Source: Candidatus Uhrbacteria bacterium (GTDB taxonomy: Bacteria; Patescibacteriota; Patescibacteriia; UBA9934; GWF2-40-263). From it: DNA of 64,000 nt. Shown here in pieces: positions 1-8,745 of this stretch. Position numbers and translations under genes: made by a program. Every line of letters begins with the position of its first letter. Positions within the stretch are counted from its first letter, which is position 1. The notes under the pieces are model-generated. The model was not told the DNA's origin, searched no databases, and worked only from the letters and a program-made list of their open reading frames with translations. Location: positions 38,325 to 102,324 of the forward strand of contig JACPHU010000028.1 of NCBI GenBank assembly GCA_016188495.1. The letters run 5' to 3'.

Positions 1-534
1 CTGGGGCGGAACGTACCCTGCCTTATTCAAGAGGAGATTCTTGAGACGAAGGCTATAGGTCATAATTTCTCCCAGGTTTTGTTTGAGAGAATTCAGAATC
101 GACATGGTTACAAGGAAGCAGCAGGCCGTTCCGCCGATGCATATCGTTGTGAACCAGTCATGGTCGTAGATCATGATGGTAACGAGCATTACAATCCAAG
201 AGAGAAGAGTCACAGTGTTGCTCGCTAGTTCCACTGTGAGAACCTTTTTTTTATAACTTCCCATGTTGTATTCCAGAAGGACTTCCTGGAAACACAGTTC
301 CAGCTCATGTGGTCGATTGGCCAACAGCAGGAGTCTTTTCATTGTCTTTGCTGCAAGCGCTTCAGGAACAGAGTTGCACAGCTTGATCGCACGATCGATA
401 TTGTTCGCCAATACCAACTTTTCGATCTGTTCGTAAAACGTTGTTATCTGGATTTTTGTCCTCAGATAACCTATCGTAATCCCGATCGAGGTAGCCATGT
501 TGAGAAGCAGAATTAAACCGGCGATAATGTTCAC
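1..534 (-). CDS. Membrane protein (3' end outside window), N-terminal part resembles MotA/TolQ/ExbB (myxobacterial AglR-like) proteins
   Basis: Not in the ORF track. GTG at 534 with AAGGAG SD; open to the window edge: MNIIAGLILLLNMATSIGITIGYLRTKIQITTFYEQIEKLVLANNIDRAIKLCNSVPEA..., with further hydrophobic helices. Confidence 0.7.
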   Translation of the reverse strand, partial: MNIIAGLILLLNMATSIGITIGYLRTKIQITTFYEQIEKLVLANNIDRAIKLCNSVPEALAAKTMKRLLLLANRPHELELCFQEVLLEYNMGSYKKKVLTVELASNTVTLLSWIVMLVTIMIYDHDWFTTICIGGTACCFLVTMSILNSLKQNLGEIMTYSLRLKNLLLNKAGYVPPQ

Positions 535-589
535 GAACGACTCCTTGTTTGAGTGTTTTCTTATCCTACACATGTACGATAAGGTGACG

Positions 590-618
590 ATAATAGGTTG
601 TTTTTGACATTTTGTCAA
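590..618 (-). promoter_or_regulatory. sigma70-type promoter TTGACA-17-TATTAT with palindrome TTGACA-AAA-TGTCAA
   Basis: Consensus -35, 17 nt spacer, upstream of the 1..534 gene. Confidence 0.7.
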
Positions 619-635
619 CAGTTCTCATTGGACAA

Positions 636-664
636 TTGACATTTTACCCCTCTTCTATTACACT
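636..664 (+). promoter_or_regulatory. sigma70-type promoter of rpmA (TTGACA-17-TACACT)
   Basis: Consensus hexamers and spacing, 34 nt upstream of the ATG. Confidence 0.7.
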
Positions 665-697
665 TTTGCACGAAATCATTTCTTACTCTTACTCTCT

Positions 698-982
698 ATG
701 GCACATAAAAAGGCGGGTGGATCCACATCGCTTGGCCGTGATTCCCAGGGAAAACGCCTCGGCGTTAAAACGGGAGACGGGTCAAGCGCTCGAGCCGGAC
801 AAATTCTTGTCCGACAACGCGGAACAAAGATTCACCCAGGAAAAAACGTTCGAATCGGTGGTGATGACACGCTCTACGCAGCTGTGGGCGGAATCGTAAA
901 ATTTACACAAAAGAAAAAGGCAAATTTTCACGGAGCTCTCAAGCAACGCGTGTTTGCCAACGTTGAAGAATGGAAAAAGTAA
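698..982 (+). CDS. rpmA: 50S ribosomal protein L27
   Basis: [33 protein letters not shown] signature. Confidence 0.98.
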   Translation: MAHKKAGGSTSLGRDSQGKRLGVKTGDGSSARAGQILVRQRGTKIHPGKNVRIGGDDTLYAAVGGIVKFTQKKKANFHGALKQRVFANVEEWKK

Positions 983-985
983 ATT

Positions 986-1015
986 AAAAAAACATTGCCT
1001 AGGCAATGTTTTTTT
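986..1015 (+). terminator. Intrinsic terminator
   Basis: AAAAAAACATTGCC-TA-GGCAATGTTTTTTT perfect hairpin with T tract. Confidence 0.85.
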
Positions 1016-1055
1016 GTTTGATTTGGATGAGAAAAAAAGCTACTATAAAATAACT

Positions 1056-1295
1056 ATGAACGAATCTATTGAACAGCAAATTGAAAAAGTATTAGAACAG
1101 GTTCGTCCTGCGTTGAGAATGGATGGGGGAGGAATCGATCTTATTTCTTTTAATCCAGAGACAGGCGTTGTCCAGGTACGCATGAAAGGTGCTTGCGTAG
1201 GATGCCCTATGTCTGAAATCACGCTAAAGATGGGGGTTGAAGCGGCTTTATGCGACGCACTTCCTGAAGTCAAGGAAGTCGTGACGGTTGAGTAG
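1056..1295 (+). CDS. NifU-like (NfuA C-terminal) Fe-S scaffold protein
   Basis: VRPALRMDGGGIDL..GACVGCPMS CxxC motif; ATG 1056 preferred over the upstream extension. Confidence 0.9.
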   Translation: MNESIEQQIEKVLEQVRPALRMDGGGIDLISFNPETGVVQVRMKGACVGCPMSEITLKMGVEAALCDALPEVKEVVTVE

Positions 1296-1315
1296 ACGTT
1301 TTTTAACATTGTCTT

Positions 1316-1717
1316 GTGTCTATTCATCGCCATAAAAAAGCGCTTCAGGAAATCTGGAAGTCGTTCAAGCGAATGTTCGTAAAGAATCGATTAGTGCCTT
1401 ATACCACGGCGCTTTCCGTTCTTTTTTTATCCATTACATTTGCTCTTCCTGTGTGGCGTCTTTTGCCATTGGCAGAGCAGTCTCCTTTTATTGCTTTGCA
1501 TTATAATATTTATTTAGGTGTCGATCGTTTCGGACCGGTGTATCAGGTTTTTTTCTTGCCGGGTGTGGGTATTTTTTTTCTTTTGTTAAATCTTTTTATT
1601 CAAGCACGCGCTTACAAAAACCAAAAAATGCTTTCGCTTTTTTTTGCATCAGCCACTCCTTTGCTTGAATTTATTTTGTGTGCAGCAATGGTGTTGATTG
1701 TTTTGACCAATATATGA
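1316..1717 (+). CDS. Membrane protein, DUF1648-like
   Basis: Three TM helices, IALHYNIYLGVDRFG motif; overlaps the mraY start. Confidence 0.7.
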   Translation: MSIHRHKKALQEIWKSFKRMFVKNRLVPYTTALSVLFLSITFALPVWRLLPLAEQSPFIALHYNIYLGVDRFGPVYQVFFLPGVGIFFLLLNLFIQARAYKNQKMLSLFFASATPLLEFILCAAMVLIVLTNI

Positions 1718-2769
1718 CCCTGGAATCGTTTGAAATTGTACGTGTTCTTTTACTCAGCGCGATTGCGTTTTTGGTGGCATTTGCCTGGGCTCCCTTATTG
1801 ATTCGCGGTTTGGAACATTGGAAGGTCGGCAAGTCGATTCGTACATCCAAAGACGCTCCCGTCTTTGCCAAGCTTCACGAAAAAAAACGAGGAACTCCTA
1901 CTATGGGTGGGATACTGGTGTGGGGAACTGTTTTAGTTCTGGCTGTCGTCTTTTATTATGTGACCCCCTTTCTTTCCCCGGACTCTCTTTTTGCGCGTCT
2001 TAATTTTTTGAGCCGATCTGAAACGCTGCTTCCGCTTGGTGCGTTTGTGGCTTCAGCCATCGTGGGATTTATTGATGACTATTTTAATGTCCGAGGGATC
2101 GGTCCAAAGGGTGGGGGACTTCGGATGCGCCATCGCATATTGATTTATACCGTGATTGCCCTTGTCGGAGCTTGGTGGTTTCGTGTCAAGCTCGATTGGG
2201 ATCTTTTGCATATTCCGTTTGTGGGAGATTTCAATATCGGGTTTTGGTATGTCCCTTTTTTCCTTTTTGTCATCGTTGCCACAGCTTTTTCTGTTAACGA
2301 AACGGATGGATTGGACGGGTTAGCTGGCGGAACTCTGTTAACTTCCTTTGGTGCCTACGCTATCATCGCTTTCGCTCAAGGGCACTATGACCTCGCCGCT
2401 TTTTGCGGAGTGATTCTCGGAGCCTTACTGGCTTTTCTGTGGTTCAACATTCATCCCGCTCGATTTTTTATGGGAGATACGGGAGCTATGTCTTTAGGAG
2501 TTACGTTAGGCATTGTCGCAATGCTTACTAATTCCGCGCTCTTTTTACCGATCATCGGATTTATTTTCGTCTTAGAATCTCTTTCCGTCATTGTTCAGCT
2601 AACGTCCCGAAAGGTTTTTAACAAACGTCTTTTTAAATCTTCACCCGTGCATCATCATTTAGAAGCGATCGGATGGCCAGAACCACAAATTGTGATGCGT
2701 GCCTGGGTCATTTCCATGATCGCTGCAGCGGTGGGCGTCTCATTAGTCTTGCTCGACGTGTTAATTTAG
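1714..2769 (+). CDS. mraY: Phospho-N-acetylmuramoyl-pentapeptide transferase
   Basis: KKRGTPTMGG, NETDGLDGL, FMGDTG, PVHHHLE motifs. Confidence 0.96.
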   Translation: MTLESFEIVRVLLLSAIAFLVAFAWAPLLIRGLEHWKVGKSIRTSKDAPVFAKLHEKKRGTPTMGGILVWGTVLVLAVVFYYVTPFLSPDSLFARLNFLSRSETLLPLGAFVASAIVGFIDDYFNVRGIGPKGGGLRMRHRILIYTVIALVGAWWFRVKLDWDLLHIPFVGDFNIGFWYVPFFLFVIVATAFSVNETDGLDGLAGGTLLTSFGAYAIIAFAQGHYDLAAFCGVILGALLAFLWFNIHPARFFMGDTGAMSLGVTLGIVAMLTNSALFLPIIGFIFVLESLSVIVQLTSRKVFNKRLFKSSPVHHHLEAIGWPEPQIVMRAWVISMIAAAVGVSLVLLDVLI

Positions 2770-2807
2770 ATTTTTTTATTCCACCACTTCACCATTTTTT
2801 ATACCCC

Positions 2808-3914
2808 ATGAATCGTCCATCCGGTACCATCGATTATCTTTTCCTCCTGATCATCGGCGTGATCATTCTTTTTGGATTAGTGATGTTACTCTCCGCCACA
2901 GCTCCCAATGGATATTCAGAATTTGGAGACAGTTATTATTTTATAAAGCACCAAATTATTTTCGGATTGATTCCAGGTATCGGAGCTCTTCTTGTTTTTT
3001 CTCGAATTCCCTATACCTTTTGGCATAAATACGCATGGAATTTTTTGATTTTTTCTATCATTCTATTGGTTCTCGTGTTTATTCCCGGACTTGCAGCCGG
3101 TATTGGTTCAGCTCATAGCTGGATTTCTATTGGTGGTCTTTTTTCTTTGCAACCTTCTGAAATTGTAAAATTGACCTTTCTTTTTTATCTTGCCGCTTGG
3201 CTTGCCGGACGTGACAAGCAGAGTGTGCGCGACGTGCATTCTGGTTTTCTTCCGTTCGTCCTTGTGCTTGGAGCCATTACCCTTCTGATGATTCTTCAGC
3301 CGGACGTTGGAACCATGTCTATTATCGGGGCCATGGCACTGGTTGTTTACTTCGTGGCCGGCGCTCCTATTGCCTATATTTCAGGTCTTATTATGGCCGG
3401 AATCGCCGCTCTGACTCTTTTGATTACCGCAGCTCCGTATCGTGCAGCTCGCTTTACTACGTTTCTTCACCCGGAACTTGATCCCCAAGGAATCGGTTAC
3501 CATATCAACCAAGCGCTTTTAGCTATCGGATCAGGAGGGTTTTTTGGTCTGGGATACGGGCATTCCCGCCAGAAGTTCCAGTATCTTCCCGAGGTGGCAG
3601 GAGATTCGATTTTTGCCGTTGTCAGCGAGGAAATGGGATTTATCATTGCCACGATGACCATTGTTCTTTTTTTGATTTTTTTGTGGCGGATTTTGGAAAT
3701 CGCAAAACACGCTCCGGATCCTTTTGCAAAGTATGTGGTCGTAGGCATCGGAGCCTGGATTGTCATTCAGGCCTTTGTGAACATCGGATCTATGGTGGCT
3801 CTCATGCCTATTACGGGCGTTCCATTGCCATTTATTAGTTATGGTGGAACGTCTTTAGCCATTTCTCTTGCAGCCATGGGCGTGATCTTGAATATTTCTC
3901 GTTACAGAAAATAA
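2808..3914 (+). CDS. ftsW: SEDS peptidoglycan polymerase FtsW
   Basis: LQPSE, QPDVGT, GSGG..GLG, YLPE..GDSIF, GVPLPFISYGG; between mraY and murG. Confidence 0.92.
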   Translation: MNRPSGTIDYLFLLIIGVIILFGLVMLLSATAPNGYSEFGDSYYFIKHQIIFGLIPGIGALLVFSRIPYTFWHKYAWNFLIFSIILLVLVFIPGLAAGIGSAHSWISIGGLFSLQPSEIVKLTFLFYLAAWLAGRDKQSVRDVHSGFLPFVLVLGAITLLMILQPDVGTMSIIGAMALVVYFVAGAPIAYISGLIMAGIAALTLLITAAPYRAARFTTFLHPELDPQGIGYHINQALLAIGSGGFFGLGYGHSRQKFQYLPEVAGDSIFAVVSEEMGFIIATMTIVLFLIFLWRILEIAKHAPDPFAKYVVVGIGAWIVIQAFVNIGSMVALMPITGVPLPFISYGGTSLAISLAAMGVILNISRYRK

Positions 3915-3961
3915 AAACCGCGTCCTGACAACTTGTCAGAACGCGGAAGACGTTCGCTTGG

Positions 3962-4270
3962 CTAGAACGAGTTGAGCCAGGCGAGGGAGATAATTGTGCT
4001 TACGAAGGCGAGTATGCCGGATAATGTGTTTCCGGCTATGTCCTCCGCACAACCCAGATAGTCTTCTCTTTTGGTCATCCTTACGATCAGGATCCCCAAC
4101 AGAATAGAGGACACAAACGCCACTATCTCGAAGACTTTGAAGACTTCTTTCGGAGACTGGTTGGATGCTACCATCAGAAATGACCAACAGATGTTGACTG
4201 TCCCGATAGCGATCATCATCCAAAAGGCGTAGTCCGTAACGATGCGGACAATGTTTCCAACTTTTTTCAT
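3962..4270 (-). CDS. Hypothetical 3-TM membrane protein (autonomous insert between ftsW and murG)
   Basis: 102 aa ORF with AGGAGA SD, own promoter, and hairpin at ~3918-3947. Confidence 0.75.
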   Translation of the reverse strand: MKKVGNIVRIVTDYAFWMMIAIGTVNICWSFLMVASNQSPKEVFKVFEIVAFVSSILLGILIVRMTKREDYLGCAEDIAGNTLSGILAFVSTIISLAWLNSF

Positions 4271-4325
4271 CGGAGTCTCCTATGTATGACGAGAATGTTT
4301 TAACACCTTGAATCAGAAACCAAGC

Positions 4326-4354
4326 ATAATACTCTAAAATACCCATTTTGTCAA
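4326..4354 (-). promoter_or_regulatory. Promoter TTGACA(AAATG)-17-TATTAT
   Basis: Consensus hexamers and spacing upstream of the 4270 start. Confidence 0.7.
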
Positions 4355-4361
4355 TAGATTT

Positions 4362-5420
4362 ATGAAAGTTTTATTTACCGGGGGAGGAACGATGGGGCCT
4401 GTTACACCGCTTTTAGCGGTATACGAGGCTTGGAAAAAACGAGATTCTACTCTTGAGGTTTTATGGGCCGGAACCGCTCATGGTCCTGAAAAATCGGTTA
4501 TTGAAGCTCAACATATTCCTTTTTATTCCTTTCCTGTTGCGAGATTTCCTCGTTATGTGACGTGGGAATGGGTTTTAGCTCCATTTCGCTTTGTTGCAGC
4601 CCTTTATAAAGCCACACAATTGTTTCGTTTTGAACAGATTGATCTTGTGGCCTCCGCCGGAGGATATACCGCCGTTCCAGTGATTCTCGCGGCAAAAATA
4701 TACGGAGTAAAAATTTGGGTCCATCAGCAAGATGCCGAAATTCTTTTCACGAATCGTCTGACGGCTCCTTTGGCCGATTATCTGACGGTTGCCTGGGAAC
4801 GAAACAAAAAAGAGTTTGGATCCAAGGCGCGTTTAGTCGGAAATCCTGTCCGTTCCAGCGTCTTGCTTGGTTCCAAAGACCGAGGACTTGAACGATTTTT
4901 ATTAGATTCTACAAAACCCACCGTTCTGGTTTTTGGCGGGGGAGGGGGAGCTGTTTGGCTTAATCGTCTTGTACAAGAGATTGTTCCCAAGCTAGTCCAA
5001 CAAACAAATGTTATTCACATCACGGGCAAAGGAAAGAATCAAACAGGTTTTGAACACCAAAATTATTATGTTTGTGAATTTTTGGATAAGGACATGGCGG
5101 ATGCCTATGCTCTGACTGATCTTGTTGTTTGTCGTGCGGGACTGGGAACCATTACAGAATTATCCGCTCTTGCAAAACCAGCTATTTTTATTCCCTTACC
5201 GCGTTCGGCACAAGAAATGAATGCACGCATGGTCGAGTCTTCAAGCCTTGTTCTGGATCAAACCGATGTGACTCCAGAGTTGTTGTTTGAGACCATTTTA
5301 GATCTTTTGCACGACAAGACGCGTTTGTTAGAACTGGGAGAAAAACTTCACCGGGTTTTACGCACAGATGTCGCAGATGAGCTCGTCGATCTGTTATCTA
5401 ATAAAAAACAAGCTTCTTAA
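4362..5420 (+). CDS. murG: MurG glycosyltransferase
   Basis: TGGGTMGPVTP, GGYTAVP, GNPVR, CRAGLGTITE. Confidence 0.93.
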   Translation: MKVLFTGGGTMGPVTPLLAVYEAWKKRDSTLEVLWAGTAHGPEKSVIEAQHIPFYSFPVARFPRYVTWEWVLAPFRFVAALYKATQLFRFEQIDLVASAGGYTAVPVILAAKIYGVKIWVHQQDAEILFTNRLTAPLADYLTVAWERNKKEFGSKARLVGNPVRSSVLLGSKDRGLERFLLDSTKPTVLVFGGGGGAVWLNRLVQEIVPKLVQQTNVIHITGKGKNQTGFEHQNYYVCEFLDKDMADAYALTDLVVCRAGLGTITELSALAKPAIFIPLPRSAQEMNARMVESSSLVLDQTDVTPELLFETILDLLHDKTRLLELGEKLHRVLRTDVADELVDLLSNKKQAS

Positions 5421-5434
5421 GAAGCTTGTTTTTT
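5403..5434. terminator. Bidirectional intrinsic terminator
   Basis: AAAAAACAAGCTTC-TTAA-GAAGCTTGTTTTTT between convergent genes. Confidence 0.85.
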
Positions 5435-5444
5435 GGCCCGAGCC

Positions 5445-5537
5445 CTATTCCATTTCACCAGCACATTGGGCACATTTTTGCTCACTGTTGAGCTCGACGT
5501 CGCTTGCACCACAGGTAGTGCATGTTCCTGTTCCCAT
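5445..5537 (-). CDS. 30-aa CxxC/CxxC microprotein (putative zinc ribbon)
   Basis: MGTGTCTTCGASDVELNSEQKCAQCAGEME*, own promoter (TTGCAA-17-TATACT) and downstream terminator. Confidence 0.6.
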   Translation of the reverse strand: MGTGTCTTCGASDVELNSEQKCAQCAGEME

Positions 5538-5567
5538 AGAGATATGTGATTATGAATTAACCATTAA

Positions 5568-5619
5568 AGTATAGGCCTGTAACGGATCTCTTGCAATTAT
5601 TGAAACAGACTGCTATATT
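5568..5619. promoter_or_regulatory. Divergent promoters sharing one palindromic -35 (TTGCAA at 5591-5596)
   Basis: Plus: TTGCAA-17-TATATT with TGn; minus: TTGCAA-17-TATACT. Confidence 0.6.
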
Positions 5620-5666
5620 TTTGACCGTTATAGAAGTATTTTTTATTACCTACACTGTGTCTGTGT

Positions 5667-5796
5667 GGAATTCTTTCAAAATTTGATGAGATTGCCTTGA
5701 ACGGGCTGGCAGCCCCAGAAGACGTACCCAAACGTACGTCTTCTGGGGTGCCTGGGTGCCCGTGAAAGGCAAGATCGCAAATTTTGAAAGAATTCC
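5667..5796 (-). repeat. Palindromic element family P, copy 1 (reverse orientation)
   Basis: 19 bp terminal IR GGAATTCTTTCAAAATTTG; shared core GCGATCTTGC..GGC(G/A)CCC..CAGCCCGT..CAATCTCATC on the minus strand. Confidence 0.9.
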
Positions 5797-5803
5797 TCTA
5801 TGA

Positions 5804-5878
5804 GCGCTGGTAGCTCAGGGGTAGAGCAAGAGCCTTTTAAGCTCGTGGTCGCGGGTTCAAATCCCGCCCAGCGCACCA
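5804..5878 (+). tRNA. tRNA-Lys(TTT)
   Basis: Acceptor GCGCTGG/CCAGCGC, anticodon loop CTTTTAA, TTCAAAT T-loop, encoded CCA. Confidence 0.95.
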
Positions 5879-5910
5879 AAAACGTTTCAGGTATCCTGGA
5901 ACGTTTTTTT
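5878..5910 (+). terminator. Intrinsic terminator after tRNA-Lys
   Basis: AAAAACGTTTCAGG-TAT-CCTGGAACGTTTTTTT. Confidence 0.75.
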
Positions 5911-5930
5911 ATTGGTACACTATCAGCAGT

Positions 5931-8732
5931 ATGAATGAACATCTTTGGCACCACCTTCCTCAGGAAGAGATATTGAACATGCTTCACAGCTCTGAACAAG
6001 GACTCACTTCGTCTGAAGTCCTGCATCAGCAGAACCGATATGGAAAAAATGAGTTTCCAAAAGAACACATAGACGGTTGGATGTCTGTTTTTTTAAGACA
6101 GGTCAAAAGTCCTCTGATCATTATTTTGATGATGGCAGGTGTGATCAGCTTCGTTCTCCAGGAATGGGTGGATGTTTGGGTTATTTTTGCCGCTGTCCTA
6201 CTCAATACCGTCATTGGATTTGTTCAAGAGTATAAAGCGAATAAGGCGTTAGAGAATATTCAGAAGCTTGTTCAACCCCGTTCGTTTGTGTACCGCGATG
6301 GAAGAAGCATCGAAATTTTTGCAGAGGACGTTGTTCCAGGCGATCTCTTGATGTTATCGATGGGTGATCGTGTGACGGCTGATGCTCGATTGCTTGAAGC
6401 GATCGAACTGACGACCAACGAATCAGCTCTGACAGGGGAATCTTTTCCTGTGGGTAAAGAAGTCGGGCTTTGTGAAGCTCAAACCTCGTTGGCTGACAGA
6501 TCGAATATGGTTTACACAGGAACCAGCGTGATTGGCGGACGCGGACGGGCCGTGGTTGTCGCCACAGGCATGCGTACAGAGTTGGGGGTGATTGCCGGGT
6601 TGGTTGAGAGCACTGTCCAAACACAAACGCCGCTTCAGGATCAGTTAACCGTTTTAGCCAGATGGCTGGCGGGTCTTGTTTTGGTTTTGGTGACCGTTCT
6701 TTTTATCATAGGGCTTCTTTCGGGAAGGGTGATCACGGAAATGTTTGAAATGTCTGTTGCTGTTGCTGTTGCGGCAATTCCAGAAGGGCTTGTTGTGTCC
6801 GTGACGATCATTCTCGCGATCGGCATGCAAAGAATTTTGCGTCGTCGCTCGCTGGTTCGTCGTCTTGTTGCTGCGGAGACTCTGGGAAGCGTCTCGGTTA
6901 TTTGTTCAGACAAGACAGGAACTCTGACAGAAGGAGAGATGCGTGTCACCCATTTGATGCATTCTGGTCAGACGAAGATGCTCCCTTTTTCTAGAGACAA
7001 CGAATCGGATGCCATCACGAAAAAAATGTTTGAAGTGATGGCACTGTGTAATGATGCGACGTTTATTGATAGCTCGGAAGGGGAACGTATCAATGGAAGC
7101 GCGACAGAGCGAGCTTTGCTAATGGCAGCTATGGATTCGGGAATAGATCTGACAGCTGTGTTAAAAACAAATCCCCGGACAGGAGAAATTCCATTTAATA
7201 GCAGTTCTAAATTCATGGCGATTGCTTGTACTTCTGTACAAGGCATACAGTTTTTGTTGAAAGGAGCTTCCGGCCCTGTCTTGGATATGTGTACGCAGGT
7301 TCAGATTGCCGGGAACATTGTTGAATTGGATTCTCAGCAAAGGAAACAATTAGAAATTCAGGAAGGGACATTAACCCAACAGGGGATTCGCTTGCTGGCA
7401 CTGGCGTTTAAAATCCCTCTGCCTTCTGAAGGGACATTGTCACGTCAATCTCTTGGCGGTTTTACGTTTTTGGGATTTGTGGGGTTACGGGATCCTTTGC
7501 GAACGCAGGCGCGCGAGCAAATTGCATCGGCTGCGCGTGCCGGAGTACGAACGGTTCTTATCACAGGCGACCATCCACAAACCGCCCGTGCGATTGCCCA
7601 AGAGGCGGGGCTCCTGTCAGATCCTGAATCTCTCCTGGTTGTGAATGACGAAACTCGCGATCTTGCGATTTACAGGCGCCCGTCGACCCCACTCTCCCTA
7701 CGTCTGAGTAGGGTTCGTGGGGATCGACAGCCCGTAAATCGCAATCTCATCGATTTTCCTCATTCACAGCTCTTGGTTGTGGGAAGCGAGTTGGACGCCT
7801 GGAGCGATGAAGAACTTTTTCAAAAAGTTAACTTGATTGGAGTCTATGCCCGTGTTGAACCGCGCCATAAAATTCGTATTGTCAAAGCTTGGCAAGCTCG
7901 TGGAGAGGTCGTGGCCATGGTCGGGGACGGAGTCAATGACGCTCCTGCGTTGAAAACGGCTGATATCGGGGTTGCACTAGGATCTGGAACCGAGGTGGCT
8001 AAGCAAGCATCGGATTTAATCCTTCTGAACAATGATTTGGGAACGATCACGGCAGCCATTGAAGAAGGTCGGGTAATTTTTGATAACATCCGCAAAACAA
8101 GTGTCTATCTACTTGCGGATAGTTTTACGGAGCTGATTCTTATCGGAGGTTCTCTGTTGATGGGATTACCTCTTCCGTTATTGCCCGTGCAAATATTATG
8201 GATCAACCTGATCGCCGATAGTTTTCCCACCATCGGCCTTACGCTTGAGCCTCCGGAAGAAGACGTCATGCGCATCCCCCCGCGTGCCCGTACGGAACCT
8301 GTGTTGAATCGGGAAATGCTTACACTCATTTTTGTCATTGGTGTTATTACGGATCTGGTGTTGTTTGTGCTCTATTTTTGGTTATTAGGTTCCATCGAAA
8401 GCATTACCGAGGTTCGTTCTATTTTGTTTGCGGCTGTTGGTATTGATTCTCTTTTTTACGTGTTTGCCGTAAAGCGGCTGCGTACGAGTATTTTTCGCTC
8501 CAATCCTTTTTCTAACCCATGGCTCTTGTTGGGAGAGGTGATTGCTTTGTCTTTGATGCTGCTGGCACTTCTTCATCCGTTCTTCCAGGTCATTTTTGAA
8601 GTGACTCCTCTTTCCTTGTATGAGTGGATGCTATTGCTTATGATGGGAATGATTAAGCTTCTGGCGATTGAAGTCGTCAAAGAGATTTTTTTAAGAAAAA
8701 AGCCAGTGCATGCTCCTCAAGCAATAAATTAA
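5931..8732 (+). CDS. Cation-transporting P-type ATPase (type IIA, Ca2+-like) with a 46-aa in-frame insertion
   Basis: TGES, IPEGL, DKTGT, ITGD, GDGVNDAPAL, QILWINL motifs. Confidence 0.95.
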   Translation: MNEHLWHHLPQEEILNMLHSSEQGLTSSEVLHQQNRYGKNEFPKEHIDGWMSVFLRQVKSPLIIILMMAGVISFVLQEWVDVWVIFAAVLLNTVIGFVQEYKANKALENIQKLVQPRSFVYRDGRSIEIFAEDVVPGDLLMLSMGDRVTADARLLEAIELTTNESALTGESFPVGKEVGLCEAQTSLADRSNMVYTGTSVIGGRGRAVVVATGMRTELGVIAGLVESTVQTQTPLQDQLTVLARWLAGLVLVLVTVLFIIGLLSGRVITEMFEMSVAVAVAAIPEGLVVSVTIILAIGMQRILRRRSLVRRLVAAETLGSVSVICSDKTGTLTEGEMRVTHLMHSGQTKMLPFSRDNESDAITKKMFEVMALCNDATFIDSSEGERINGSATERALLMAAMDSGIDLTAVLKTNPRTGEIPFNSSSKFMAIACTSVQGIQFLLKGASGPVLDMCTQVQIAGNIVELDSQQRKQLEIQEGTLTQQGIRLLALAFKIPLPSEGTLSRQSLGGFTFLGFVGLRDPLRTQAREQIASAARAGVRTVLITGDHPQTARAIAQEAGLLSDPESLLVVNDETRDLAIYRRPSTPLSLRLSRVRGDRQPVNRNLIDFPHSQLLVVGSELDAWSDEELFQKVNLIGVYARVEPRHKIRIVKAWQARGEVVAMVGDGVNDAPALKTADIGVALGSGTEVAKQASDLILLNNDLGTITAAIEEGRVIFDNIRKTSVYLLADSFTELILIGGSLLMGLPLPLLPVQILWINLIADSFPTIGLTLEPPEEDVMRIPPRARTEPVLNREMLTLIFVIGVITDLVLFVLYFWLLGSIESITEVRSILFAAVGIDSLFYVFAVKRLRTSIFRSNPFSNPWLLLGEVIALSLMLLALLHPFFQVIFEVTPLSLYEWMLLLMMGMIKLLAIEVVKEIFLRKKPVHAPQAIN
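7638..7770 (+). repeat. Palindromic element family P, copy 2, in frame inside the ATPase
   Basis: IR GTTGTGAATGA/TCATTCACAGC, shared core; direct repeats CTCCTGGTTGTG (7632) and CTCTTGGTTGTG (7770) 138 bp apart. Confidence 0.9.
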
Positions 8733-8745
8733 CACCCATTCAACT

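Noticed and set aside
3925-3939. CTGACA-ACT-TGTCAG as a fifth operator copy
   Set aside because: It is the top of a terminator-like hairpin between convergent genes, with no associated promoter
5651-5666. NrdR box upstream of tRNA-Lys
   Set aside because: Weak match, single copy, no nucleotide-reduction gene downstream
5676-6068. 130 aa minus ORF (and 47009-47221, 37524-37799)
   Set aside because: They overlap tRNA genes and/or the P element and are not credible proteins
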